This document shows, in pieces, positions 10,911 to 23,289 of a DNA stretch of 64,000 nucleotides. The notes beneath the pieces were generated by a model that ran no database searches, was not told where the DNA came from, and saw only the letters and a program-made list of their open reading frames with translations. A program made the position numbers and the translations under genes. The DNA lies in assembly GCA_000004985.1 (NCBI GenBank), contig GG738919.1; one strand, written 5' to 3'. This DNA is from Naegleria gruberi. Lineage: Eukaryota. Position 1 is the first letter of the stretch. Every line of letters begins with the position of its first letter.

Positions 10911-11974
10911 AATTAAATAAAACAGTGACGACTATTGGTACATTAAGACCATCCTCTACCATAATTCATTATTTCTTGATTCTCTTTTGTTTCAAATGGT
11001 AATGAAGTGTTTTGGTTTTTTTTGGTAATAGTATTCACTAATTCCATTGCATTTTCGTATGATGTTACCACCCCATACAGTGTCTCTTCTTATTACTCTC
11101 TAAAGATTTGACCCTTTGCTTCACTATCAAAATTTATAGAGGGCTTTGTTACCTCAATATATCCCAAAGCAAGGTTAATAAAATCTTTTTTCAAATTATT
11201 ATTCTTAAAATTACTGTGTATCAGATTAAAATCAGGCTTTCTTTAGTGTTTCCCTTAAGTGAGTATCTACAGCAATATATCCATGGTGCGTTTTGGAAGA
11301 AATTCTGTAAAAAATTCTTGTACAAAGGATTCCTTAGTGAGGTTTCTTTCTTGTAGTGGTGTCAGAGTAATTGATGGGATTGGTGGAAGCAGAACATTAT
11401 CTAGCCATGTTGGGGCGCATTCTCACGTCAATACTCCACAATAATCAACTCTTCAAAAAACTCAGAGTTATTTTCTGATGATTCTGGTTGCACCAATGGC
11501 AGCTTAATTTTATGTTCCAAAAGTGCAATTCGCTGCAATAAATTGTTAAGAGTTGATGGATCAAATTCCGGACTTTTACAAAATTTGGAAATTCATTAAA
11601 GTTTTTTCAAAAGTAAAAAAAATAGCAAACAATGCATCTTCTCCCTTCCACTAGATATTTGGCAACATTGTATTTTTGAATATTTGATTGGTCCGATTCA
11701 TGAAATTAATTTTCAAACAAATGATGAAATTATGAAATTCAAGAATTTAACTTGTCCTAAAATTTGGGAAGGATTGGATGTGGAAACATTTCCATTGTAA
11801 AAATGCAGAAATTAATAGAGGCAGTTGAGATGAATGCGAATAGAGAGTACAAGGATATTATCGATCCAAACATGTGTAGTAATAATTATTATTATGATAC
11901 AGATTTAGATTTAAATGAAGTTCCAAATGATTTCTCAAATGAGGAAGTGAACAATTGAACGAGCTCAGAAATTA

Positions 11975-12883
11975 ATGATTTCCAAATCAAAGTTCGAAAA
12001 AATCAAAGAATTGACTCAATTGGATCCATATGATTTATTTCTGCATAAGGCATTGATATTGTCTCTTGATATGGTTTCATATTTTGATAGCGAGAGATAC
12101 AAAGGTGAAAACCATTACTATTACAGCACTTTGGAAAGATGTTGTTTAATTTCAGAAGGATTATTTACTGATAATTTCACAGATACTAATTCTCTTGGTT
12201 TATTGATTGATTTGGAGATTGGATACTCAGCAGAGGATTTAACAGTTTTTGAAGAAATTCATCCTTGTTTTGTGGCCATTTCGATTAATTTCAATTCAAA
12301 TTATCTGCACCTTACAGTACCAAAACATGCTCAATATTTATGCTTTTCTTTTGCAGATCCGTATGACAATACAGAGGAATACGAAAGCTTTTTAGAAGGT
12401 CAGGATGAGTTTCCAAACGTTCGAGATTTAACTATCAAATTTCCCAATACGCAAAATAACAAATATTTGGGTATTGATACTGCCGATGTAGAGAATAATA
12501 TCCTCTCAGCAATTACAAGAAAGAGATTTCCCAAATTATTGAGACTTTCAATTCAGGGATCTGTTTCAATGGAAAATCTTGACAATTATGGAATATTCTC
12601 TGAATTATTGTATGTGGAAATTATTAATAATAGAAGAAGAGCCGATGATTATGTCATTGTTAAATATTGGACTGAAAGGACAGTTCACTCTTTCATCAAG
12701 CAACAATTTATTGAGAAGGATTCACTGATTCATCAATTGGTTCTCTATGCCAATATTTGTAGGAATTATCCAGATGCAGATTACAATTCCATTAAGGAAT
12801 ATTATGATATGAGCAAGGAAAAATTCGTGCCCTGTATTGCACACTCTTCTGTCAATGAATATTATGATAGATGTTATGAGTAA
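11975..12883 (+). CDS. hypothetical protein, 302 aa; possibly preceded by an upstream exon 11803-11946
   Basis: ATG at 11975, TAA at 12881-12883. No domain recognised, with a weakly LRR-like spacing of leucines. The upstream ORF 11764-11958 (first ATG 11803) could be joined by a 46-nt intron 11947-11992 (gtgaac...tcaaag) that restores frame, but the donor is non-consensus. Confidence 0.45.
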   Translation: MISKSKFEKIKELTQLDPYDLFLHKALILSLDMVSYFDSERYKGENHYYYSTLERCCLISEGLFTDNFTDTNSLGLLIDLEIGYSAEDLTVFEEIHPCFVAISINFNSNYLHLTVPKHAQYLCFSFADPYDNTEEYESFLEGQDEFPNVRDLTIKFPNTQNNKYLGIDTADVENNILSAITRKRFPKLLRLSIQGSVSMENLDNYGIFSELLYVEIINNRRRADDYVIVKYWTERTVHSFIKQQFIEKDSLIHQLVLYANICRNYPDADYNSIKEYYDMSKEKFVPCIAHSSVNEYYDRCYE

Positions 12884-13711
12884 TAGTTAATTGAATAATC
12901 CTCGTTTCCGGATAGTAAATAGTTTGAAAATGTAGTTCATCATGTAATGTTAATGCAAAGTTTGTGTACATCATTAAACAATTTAATTTATTGCTGTGCG
13001 ATGGCACTCCCAATTAGGAAATTATGTTTCCCTGGACCAAATCATCAATATCTTTAATATTACAACAGAAATTTATTGTGCAATAATTTAAAAAACAACA
13101 ATTAAATTCCTACTTTATTTTTAGTTGGCAAATGGACACAAAGTAAGAAATTTAAATAGTCATTGAATGAATTCAAAAATTTATTAAGACTTTGGTTATG
13201 AGCTAAGCAAAAGGGTAATTATCAGGGAAGGTATTGAACCTCCACCGTGTTAGACCCCTTCAACACATGCAGACCACTACAACACCTGAAATACCCCATC
13301 AATGCTTGAAAAATACTGACCTAATTGACTAATTTAATTTTAGAACTGAGTTCCATTTCCAATAAGGTTTAGAAAAAGTTATCAAAGTTTTTTGGGCTTA
13401 ACAATCACTCCAACTTTTAAAATAATAGAGGTCCACATTGTAATATTCCACAACTTGAATAACACTGAAAAGGTTCTTTTCTGCTTTTCTTTCTTTGTTT
13501 ATCATTTTACTGTTAACACCAAAAAGCAAGTACTGTATTGACAAAAAACTATTGTCGTAATAGAAATCGAAAAAAATCAAGACAATTTGTTTTAATAAAT
13601 AATTTAATTGCCATATATTCTCAGGCTGAATAGAAAATAAAAGAAAGCCAATTTGTTTTAATAAATAATTTAATTGTTTTACAACTTTTATTTTGTTCAA
13701 ATCTGATAGAT

Positions 13712-14845
13712 TTAGAAACACTTTCTGTGGACAATACCTGGGCCGGCATCCTCATATTCTTCCTTTGTGATCCACATTTGTTGGAAAGTGGACAATGAAG
13801 CCAAGATGGAACCACCAATCCAGACAGAGTACTTTCTTTCTGGTGGAGCAACAACCTTAATCTTCATAGAGGCTGGAGCCATAGCAGTCAATTCCTTGGT
13901 CATTCTTTCAGCAATACCTTCGAACATAGTAGTACCACCAGACAAGACAACGTTACCGTACAAGTCCTTTCTGATATCAATATCACATTTACCAATAGAG
14001 TTGAAAGTAGTTTCATGAACACCAGCAGCTTCCATACCAATGAAGTTTGGTTGGAACAAAACTTCTGGACATCTGAATCTTTCGTTACCAACAGTAATAA
14101 CATTACCGTCTGGCAATTCGTATGACTTTTCAACAGATGATGATTCAGCAGCAACCTTCATTTCAGCTTCAAAGTCCAAAGCAATATAACAGAGCTTTTC
14201 CTTGATATCTCTGACGATTTCTCTTTCAGCAGTTGTGTTGAATGAGTAACCTCTTTCCATCAAAATCTTCATCAAGTAATCAGTCAAATCACGACCAGCC
14301 AAATCCAATCTCAAGATGGCGTGTGGCAAAGCATAACCTTCATAAATTGGAACAGTGTGGGAGACACCATCACCAGAGTCCAAAACGATACCAGTAGTTC
14401 TACCAGAAGCATACAAGGACAAGACAGCTTGAATAGCAACATACATAGCTGGAACTGAGAAAGTTTCAAACATAATTTGAGTCATCTTTTCTCTGTTAGC
14501 CTTTGGATTCAAAGGAGCTTCAGTCAACAAGACTGGGTGTTCTTCTGGAGCAACTCTCAATTCATTGTAGAAAGTGTGATGCCAGATCTTTTCCATATCG
14601 TCCCAATTGGTAACAATACCGTGTTCAATTGGATACTTCAAAGTCAAGATACCTCTCTTAGATTGAGCTTCATCACCAACATAGGCATCCTTGTTACCCA
14701 TACCAACCATGATGGACTTTTGCTTTGGTCTACCAATAATTGAAGGGAAGACAGCTCTTGGAGCATCATCACCAGCAAAACCAGCTTTACACATACCAGA
14801 ACCGTTGTCAACAACGAGGGCTTGAACGTCTTCACAGAAGGACAT
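13712..14845 (-). CDS. actin, 377 aa, intronless, divergent paralogue
   Basis: Full-length actin signature: [23 protein letters not shown]; [26 protein letters not shown]; [22 protein letters not shown]; C-terminal [13 protein letters not shown] at 14845-14843 in an aaaATG context. TAA stop at 13714-13712. The DFEAEM motif is Amoebozoa/protist-like. Unusual substitutions [15 protein letters not shown] and [12 protein letters not shown]. Confidence 0.95.
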
Positions 14846-15548
14846 TTTGAATTTTGAGTTTTTTTTGATTTGTGTGAAATGATGTTTTTTAATGTTTGAT
14901 GGTTTTATTGGATTTTTGAGTGACGTGTTGCGTTATGGGAACGTCAAGTTGAAAGTCATCAATCAACAGATGGTCAACTTGAAGCTTACAAAAAGTATGA
15001 TGTGAAACTGGTTGACGGGTACTGAAGGATCGAAATTGTTATTGTAAAAATCTTTCAGCGCTTTTCACGACCTCTTTCTGATTGTGGATTCGAAACCTTT
15101 CCAACGTACCTAACGAGTTGTTCACATGCTGCTCCTACATATTGAGGTGGATCGATTTTAGATATTTGCTTCTAGACGAAATTGCTTTGCATCAAAATAA
15201 CAAACAATATCAACTTTATATTAATTGTAGATGATGAAATTGTGCAATATTACAATAAGCAAAAAAAATGATTTCTCTTTATCATTGGGATGTTTTCACC
15301 AAACTTTTCAATAGTGTATAATTGATGAATTGATGAAATTGTCTTCCGATAATTAATTGGATATTTAAATCCATCTCCGAATAATGTGGCTTATTGGAGT
15401 CATTTAAAAGAAAATTTGATAAATGTGTATTCAGAATACAGTCAATGGAGCCATTATTACCTTCACCTCTAAATCCAACCAATTATTCGATGATCAAATC
15501 AGATGATCAACTTATTAATACAAATATTATATACAAACAACAAATAAA

Positions 15549-17694
15549 ATGAGTGAATCAACATCTTCATCAGCACATAACATCTTCCCAATCATTTCTC
15601 CACTCGATAAGCAAAGTTTTGCCAATAATCATCAAGTGGTGGCTCATCACTATTACATGGATCTCACCACTGATTTTAAAAACAAAATTCTTGTTGGTTA
15701 TGTTGATGTTACTTTTGAGGCTTTGATTGATCGTCCGAGTCATGTTGTTGTTGATGCTCGTAATTTGGTTATTAAACAAACTAAATTCCTCTACAAGAAG
15801 CATCATAAACACTCTGAGGATAATATTAATGAACAACAACATCAAGAACATGAACTTGCTTTCCGAGTCTTCTCCAAGAGTGAAGTAGCACAAAATGGTT
15901 ATCCATCAGTTTATGGTGAACCTCTTTCTATGAGTCTTACTCATGAAGCTGTTGATTTGGAGGCTGGAAACTTTTTCGTGGTTAGAATTTTCTATGAAAC
16001 TACTCATGAGAGTGAAGCTATTCAATGGTTGGAACCAGAACAAACTCTCGGAAAGGTTCATCCATACTTGTTTACTCAATGTCAAGTAGGTTTTTTAATT
16101 TCTATCAAATCTAACCATCCATGTAATTCAATGAAAATCACACAATCATCAACTATTATATTATTATTATTGGAAATGTATTAAATTAATAATTACTGGA
16201 AAATAATATTAACATTAATCGGATAATTACAATAATTATTTTCATCATGATAGGCTATTCATGCTCGTTCTCTCCTTCCATGTCAAGATACTCCATCCAA
16301 CAAGATTACATACTCATCAACCATTAGAACACCAAAGCCACTCGTAGCTGCCATGTCTGCCATTAAACAATGGGAAGATGTCTCCACTCATATTAACATT
16401 TATCACTTTAAACAAAATGTCACAATTCCATCCTATTTGATTGCTTTGGTTGTTGGTGCTTTAGAAAGTAAGGAGATTGGACCAAGAAGTACTCTCTATT
16501 GTGAAGCTGAAGTTTTGGAAGCTGCTGCTTATGAATTCTCTGAAACAGAAGCTTTCATTAAGGCTGCTGAAGAATTCTTGCCACCTTATGCTTGGGGTAG
16601 ATACGATATTGTCCTCTTGCCAAGTTCTTATCCATTCGGTGGTATGGAAAATAGTAATCTCACTTTCCTCACTCCAACATTGCTTGCTGGAGACAGAAGT
16701 TTAGCGTAAGTAATTCTTTATACTTTCCATTAATAATCTAATGATCCTTAGTAATGTTGTTGCTCACGAAATTGCTCACTCCTGGTCTGGTAATTTGATT
16801 ACCAATTCCACTTGGGAAGATTTTTGGTTAAATGAAGGTTTTACTGTATTTATTGAAAGAAGAATTCTTGCTAGATTATCTGGTGAAGAATATGCCAAAT
16901 TCCATGCTCAAATGGGTTACAGTCATTTGGTTTCATCAATCAATCATTATAAGGAAATTAATGAATTGCAATATACCAAGATGATTCCACTTTTGGAAAA
17001 GTGTGATCCTGATGATGCCTTCTCTTCAGTTCCATATGAAAAGGGATTCAACTTTTTATATTATTTGGCTGATCAAATTGTTGGATCCATTCCAAGATTT
17101 GAAAAGTTCTTGTATCATTACTTTACTGTCTTTTGTCAAAAGACTGTTAACAGTGCCGAAATGAAGAAGTGCTTCTTGGAATATTTCGCTGATGTTGAAA
17201 AGACTAAGGAAATTGATTGGGATTCTTGGTTCAATGTTGAAGGTGATTTGATTGTCAAGAATAACTTTGAAAATACTTTGAACGTTGCTGCTAATGCTTT
17301 GTGTGAAAAGTGGACAAGTGGTGCTGAAGGAACATTCGCTAAGAGTGATATTGAAGGATGGTCATCAACTCAACTCACATACTTCCTCGATATTCTCTTG
17401 AGTAATGACAAGCCATTGAATGTTCAAAAATTGGATGAAACCTATGAATACTCTAAATACACTAACAGTGAAATTAGATTTGGTTGGCAAATGCTTGCTA
17501 TCAAACACAAATACGAACCAGTCAAGCCTCAAGTTGTTGCATTCATTACAATGCAAGGTAGAATGAAATATGTCAGACCACTCTATCGTGAGCTCTTCAA
17601 ATTTGATGCTGAATTGGCCAGAAGTACTTTCCAACAATACAAGGGATTCTACCACGGTATTGCCAGAAAGATGATTGAAAAGGATTTACAATAA
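15549..17694 (+). CDS. leukotriene A4 hydrolase / M1-family zinc aminopeptidase, ~643 aa, 3 exons
   Basis: Exons 15549-16085, 16254-16705, 16752-17694. Introns 16086-16253 (168 nt, gtaggt..tag) and 16706-16751 (46 nt, gtaagt..tag). The spliced product aligns collinearly with LTA4H (from memory): FTQCQ|[14 protein letters not shown] and SL|[19 protein letters not shown]. Zinc site HEIAH...[10 protein letters not shown]-terminal domain ...[13 protein letters not shown]. Confidence 0.9.
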
Positions 17695-17905
17695 ACTATT
17701 TCAATATCAATGTGTTTAAGCCAATAGTAGACATTGAATAGTGTTCTTGTTCAATAATTTGGCAAACTAACTGTAGAAAGTCTATCAAATTTCACTCAAA
17801 ATTTGCAAATAGTATTCCAATAACAAATTAATAGAATCCGACTTTCGAAAAGACACAGTGCACGACATTCGATGGTGGATCCGCTTTCAACACGAAAAAA
17901 TTGTC

Positions 17906-19443
17906 ATGAAATCACAACAGCAATCGCTCAGTTTCGAACAGTTAACAAGTCTCTATGACTTTCCCTTCGAAGCAATCTTTGATGTTCCCGAAGCTAAAGA
18001 AGAATTTCGATTATTTCTCAAGAAGGAACATAATGAAGATCCCTTTCTCTTCTTTCAAGAAACTGAAGAATTCAAGAGATTAAAATTCGAAGAAAACAAA
18101 GCCAAGAAGGCCATCACATTATTCGAAAGGTTTATTCTACCGAATAGTCGACAAGAAATTAACATTTCAAGTCAGCAACGACAAGATATCATTCATAGCT
18201 TTTCAGATGTTTCTCAATTATTAGATGAGAAACATTTACTAGTGAATGACAATGTTTTTGATCAAGTTCAATTGAGTGTTTTTTGTAATTTGAAAAGTGA
18301 CAATTATCCAAGATTTACAATGAGTGAACAATTTAAAAAGTTTTTAAAAGATAAGGATTGGGAATTTATTTCATTAATTGCTGTCAAGAAATCAACCAAG
18401 TATATGGAATATATTCCAAAATTTGATGGATTAGTGACAGATAGAGATATTACCTTCTTATCATTTATGGCTTTTAGTAAGGAAACTGATGTTTGGGATG
18501 AAATCAAAGTGGGTAAGTTTCTTTTCCCAAAATATTCTAATCCCTATTCGAAACTAAAGATGACTCTCGAGCTTGCTACATCTCCAAAAAGGAATTCCAA
18601 TTCAATGAAAAATCCAATCAATCCACCGGTAAACTCTTCAAACAAGTTTTCATCCTACCAGCCACCAAAGAGCAATCATTTTCAGTTTTTTCACACACTC
18701 CACTCCGTAAGGAAATTATGGGCATTGATGGCATGAATCAAATTGATTACATTCCAATTTCAAAGAGTAACAAGTATGCACATTCACTCGTTCATTTATA
18801 TGTGAATATGAGGGAATTGTCGTGGATTTTGAAACCTAGAGATGTGGTTTTGGCTGTAACTTGTGTTTTTGATAGGAAGAGGGATTGTTTGGTGATTGCT
18901 AAAAAGTCAACTGAGACAGTGTTGATGCCAGAGAAGAAGAGTCATGTTAGGGCACAAATGTTAACTAGTGGATTTTTTTGTGATTGTTCTCCAAATGAAA
19001 AGATTGTGTCAGTTAAAAAGTCAAATGACAAACAGTCAACTGGGAGCTCACAACTTGATAGGAAGAATTCCAATGCATCATCACTTTCTTCATCAGTATC
19101 TACAGCTAGCTCATCAACTTTAAGCTGTTCACCAAATATCAGTCAAAATGGTCAAGAAACCTATACGAAACTAACCCTTCTCTTCTTTGTCGATATCAAA
19201 ACTTTGGATTCAGATTTCATCAAGAAGAAAATTGTTTCCAAGAAGAACAAACTTACCCACCAAGCATTTCTTCGGTCTATTCGAGAACAGCGAGAATTTG
19301 GATTTAAAAGACCAAAATTTTCGGAAGGATTATTGGAAACTTTTGACGAATTTAAATCAACTTATTTATCTGAAACAAATCCTGTAGAATTGTCGTGGGA
19401 TTTGGAAGAGGAGAATGTTTTGAATCATCCATTATTGAATTAA
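17906..19443 (+). CDS. RGS-domain protein, ~492 aa, probable 2 exons
   Basis: ATG 17906 (MKSQQQ...). An RGS fold signature occupies the first ~150 residues: FEAIFDVPEAKEEFRLFLKKEHNEDPFLFFQETEEFKR...KAKKAITLFERFI. Exon 1 is 17906-18706. Putative intron 18707-18765 (59 nt, gtaagg..aaag) joins in frame to ORF 18766-19443. The join is not homology-supported. Confidence 0.55.
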
Positions 19444-19602
19444 ATTGTAATTTCCAATAAGATTAGTTTAATTTAGTTTCTGATTTGAATTTTCAGTTTA
19501 AATTATCAAAATGAAAAGTGTTGAAAGATACCCTATTACAATGACTGTCATAATAATCATCTACTCACATTGTAACAATTCACCTTTCCTTATCGTTCCA
19601 AA

Positions 19603-22003
19603 ATGTCACACATCCACCTGCCAAACATCACTGCAGCAAAAAACATTTCCAAAAACAAATTTGACAAATCAAATCTCTTCCAAACAATACAACAAAAAAT
19701 GGGTCAAAAACTAAAACCCATTTCACGAGTTTCTTCTTCATATCCCGATCACTTGGAACCAATCTACACAGTTTCACAATCAATTCTTGGACAAAATTCA
19801 ACACTCCAACAATTTCATTATAAATTAAACGATCAACAATGTAGAATGTTATTGAAAAAGTTTATTCAGAATCATTTTGGTTTCTCCTTGTTGTTTCCAA
19901 CATTTTCGGATGAATTATTCGAAAGTACTTGGGCCTTGGATAATTTGTTGAAACAGACGAGTGCGAATAGGATGATGTTGGTTTATGCGAATGAATTGTA
20001 TGTTTTGAATAATTATTCGAAACAAAATCGGGTGAATGGTGGATTGGCCGCAATTGATGAATTCTTCATTCCAATACAATTTACGAGAAACCAATTTAAA
20101 AAATGTTTAGAAAATGTTTCGAATAATGATCATGAAAGGAAACCAAGTCATTCAGAGATGAAGAACATTCCACTACTTTCGAATATTTATGAAAAGACCT
20201 TGTTATTGGAATGGAATTTGAAATGGACTATAAATGATAAAGAAACAAACGTTACCATATTGAAAACTGTGCCATTGTGGATTGGTGCTATGAGATTACG
20301 AGAATTCATCAAATCAAATTTGGAAATTCAGAAATTATTTGATGGTAATTTCAAATTGACTTTTCCAAACATGGAATTTAAAAATTTGAACGAATCCAAA
20401 TTGGTTTCTAGTATGAGCTCCATGTTTTCTATAATATTCGAGTTGTTTATAATGTATATTTCATGTCCCTTGTTGGTATTGAGTTGGGTTGCTGGCACAG
20501 AATCGAGACACATTCAGGAATTGTTTGATGATCATCATATTGGAACGATTCCACTCTTCACATGTTGTGAGTTGTTCGTACAGAGAATGATTGGTGTATT
20601 GGATTCAAAGAATGAGTTTGGAAAGGATTTGTTGCAATATTTTGGATTATTGAAAAGTTTGGGACAACATGGAATTGGAGCAGAGTGGAAAGATTCCTAT
20701 CGGTTAATGTTTGAGAATTGGAGGAGTGATATGGTGAGCTTGTTGGATCAGCCAACAATTATCCAATTGTTCAAACCGTTTTCAATCAGCTCACTTTCAA
20801 CAGAGATGGACTTTATTGAAATTTATTTGAGCGGAAATTCATTGCTTTCTCTTCCAAAGGTTTTCATTTCGGAGAGATGTAGGGATTTAAAGCTGGATTC
20901 CCTGTTTAATATTCAGGAGAACAAGTGGGAGGTGAAGGATGTGAAAAATTCGAAAATTATCCTAAACTTGGTTTCTTTTTGGATTGGATTGGAATTGTTG
21001 GACGATAAAAATTTACAGGACTTGCTGAAAATATCCTCCAAGTTGGGTGATAAGGAATTTTCAAAGCAATTGACTTCATTGATGGCAAGGCGAGTGACTG
21101 ATTCGAATAGTTACAAATTCTTCAAGATTGCTCAAGATTTCAAAATTACTTCTCTCACGGATTTGTGCAATTTATTCACTCAACTCGAAAAGTACAAGAA
21201 AGAACACACAAACAATACCAACCAGAGAAGAAGATCTTTGGCTGTTGTTCTAAAAAGAAATCCAAGTGAGAGTAATCTTGCTGATTCTCCATTTCAGTTT
21301 ACAAAACTCTCCTATCATGATGGATCAGAGTTGCAATTGGCGTTTTCACAGGCCACTTCAAAGGAAGCATCTTCACAGACGCAACAGAAGGAGGATGTGA
21401 CCTCAATCATTGCAAGTGGAGATAGGGAGAGTATTTCATCTCATATTGGAGTTTGGATTTGTGGAGGAGATCACCCAGGAAAGACCAGTTTAATATCCAC
21501 TTACATGTTCGGTCAGTTCGATGCTACTGCCTACGATACGAGCATTAATGAGAGTTATCGAAAAGTGGAGGGAAATTATGTTATTGATTTGAAGGATTCA
21601 TCAAGTAGAAACTTGGAGGAGGAGAAAATCAACAAGTCATTCATTGGAAAGTCAGATATTTTCATTATTTGCTATTCAGTCAAGAATTTGAATAGTTTCA
21701 AAATGGCAAGGTGAGTAATTCATTTCTTATTTGAATTTCATCTGAAATATATTTCTGATAAAATTCAGAGATTACATTGATTATATCAAAACCATCAAAA
21801 CTAATCCAATTCTCCTAATTGCAGCACTTCAATGCGATTCACCAAAGAGCATTTGGAAAGTTACAACACAAGACGGCTTGAAATTGGCCAACGACTATGA
21901 TGATGCTCAATTCTTTGAAATATCGAGCTATTTGGGAATTAATGTTCGAGATATTTTCATGAGTGGAACGGTTCAATTGATAAAGAGATTAAATAATTGT
22001 TAA
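19603..22003 (+). CDS. large protein (~780 aa) with a C-terminal divergent Ras-like small-GTPase domain; 2 exons
   Basis: Exon 1 is 19603-21710, intron 21711-21768 (58 nt, gtgagt..cag), exon 2 is 21769-22003. Across the junction the sequence ...NSFKMAR|DYIDYIKTIKTNPILLIAALQCD lines up with the Ras switch-II-to-G4 region. G1 (GGDHPGKTS) and YDTSINESYRK (cf. YDPTIEDSYRK) are conserved. G3 (DxxGQ replaced by DLKDSS) and G4 (NKxD replaced by ALQCD) are degenerate. The N-terminal ~600 aa has no recognised domain. Confidence 0.6.
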
Positions 22004-22094
22004 ATATTTTGTTAAATGTGTCCAAGCTTTTTTATTTTGTTAAATATTGAAATTTTTTATCTCAAGATATGGCAAACAACTCCCATTAATATAA

Positions 22095-22167
22095 GTACCC
22101 TTGGCTCAATTGGAAGAGCATCGGCCTACGGAGCCGGGGGTTGTGGGTTCGAGTCCCACAGGGTATA
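22095..22167 (+). tRNA. tRNA-Arg (anticodon ACG), 73 nt
   Basis: Cloverleaf read by eye. Acceptor GTACCCT/AGGGTAT with G1-U72 wobble. D arm GCTC/GAGC. Anticodon stem TCGGC/GCCGG with loop CTACGGA. T arm GTGGG-TTCGAGT-CCCAC. Discriminator A. Pol III terminator T6 follows at 22171-22176. Confidence 0.85.
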
Positions 22168-22348
22168 TCTTTTTTCAACTCTCCAACATTTTTTCCATTA
22201 TTATAAAACAGTGTTGAGCCATTTCCAATCTTTTCTACCAATAAACATAATTTTAATTTGGCTTAATGCAATTTGAACCTATTTTTAAAAATGAAAAGCA
22301 CAACTGCGTTCCGAAAGTTGATCATGGAACATCAACATTAAAAAAAAA

Positions 22349-23233
22349 ATGCAGAAATTATACAACCTGCTAGTGATTACTTCAAGTTTAGGTGATGATT
22401 TTCATCGGGTTGCTCTGCAAAGATTTAGAGGATCGGCCTATTCAGAAATTTTCAATGAGGTGAGAGAGTTGGGATTGGAATCAGCCTCTCTAGATGTGAT
22501 GAGAGATAATATTAATAGTAGTGATGTTTTATGTTTTTGTCCGAATAGTACAATTAATCAAGAATTGGAGCCTTGGATAAATAGGAAGGTACATCAGGGT
22601 GATTTGTCTTTGATTTTTCTGAGAGGAATTGAAAACTTTTCGGCTCCTTATCAGTTAGGATATGTCAATAATTCATATGTAGATTGGGCAAATGCTAATT
22701 CATTTGCCTTGGATGTTTTACATGTAAAACAATTGAATAGCATTCACTTGAATAGATTTTTGCAAAAGTACAATGCCGAAACAAAATTATTCTATGAAAA
22801 TTCTGAAAAATTAATTTCAAAAGATCATACCGGAAAGGACGTCATTTCGCCTGTGGATTCTCACCTATTCAGCACATTTCATAAGATTAATCTTGATGGA
22901 AGTTATATTTGTGGAGAAACAAATTCTAAAGTTGTAGATTATGAAAAGAGTTGGACCACTTTGGCCTATTCAACAGGAGATACTGATCAAGTTCGAAGCT
23001 CTGTACTCATCCACAATCAGTATAAGGTGATGTTTCCTCACTTTTATGGTTTCAGTGAGGCAGATACAGAGTATAGTAAGGACCTTCTCAAGGCACTCAT
23101 TCAGTATTTATTGTTGGAACATGGTTCAAGACAAAAGAGCAGAACCACTTTATTCTTTTCAAGATTATTCAATGCGAGTAGGAATAATATTTACTCTGAT
23201 ATTTCAATATCAGCTCATGATTATTACAATTGA
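22349..23233 (+). CDS. hypothetical protein, 294 aa
   Basis: ATG at 22349 in an aaaaaaaaATG context. TGA stop at 23231-23233. No motif recognised. Confidence 0.5.
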   Translation: MQKLYNLLVITSSLGDDFHRVALQRFRGSAYSEIFNEVRELGLESASLDVMRDNINSSDVLCFCPNSTINQELEPWINRKVHQGDLSLIFLRGIENFSAPYQLGYVNNSYVDWANANSFALDVLHVKQLNSIHLNRFLQKYNAETKLFYENSEKLISKDHTGKDVISPVDSHLFSTFHKINLDGSYICGETNSKVVDYEKSWTTLAYSTGDTDQVRSSVLIHNQYKVMFPHFYGFSEADTEYSKDLLKALIQYLLLEHGSRQKSRTTLFFSRLFNASRNNIYSDISISAHDYYN

Positions 23234-23289
23234 TATTAATTGTAATAAATAAATGTAATTTAACCAATTTGGAAAGGAGCTTGTGGAGA

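Noticed and set aside
13185-13295. Possible third tRNA gene
   Set aside because: D- and T-arm-like segments are present, but no acceptor stem and no 7-nt anticodon loop with U33 can be formed on either strand. Recorded only as a relic.
22016-22276. 86-aa ORF overlapping tRNA-Arg, and the many 60-110-aa antisense ORFs inside actin, LTA4H, thiolase, TLK and Sec8
   Set aside because: They lie antisense to or within strongly supported genes, have no motifs, and are expected by chance in AT-rich sequence.
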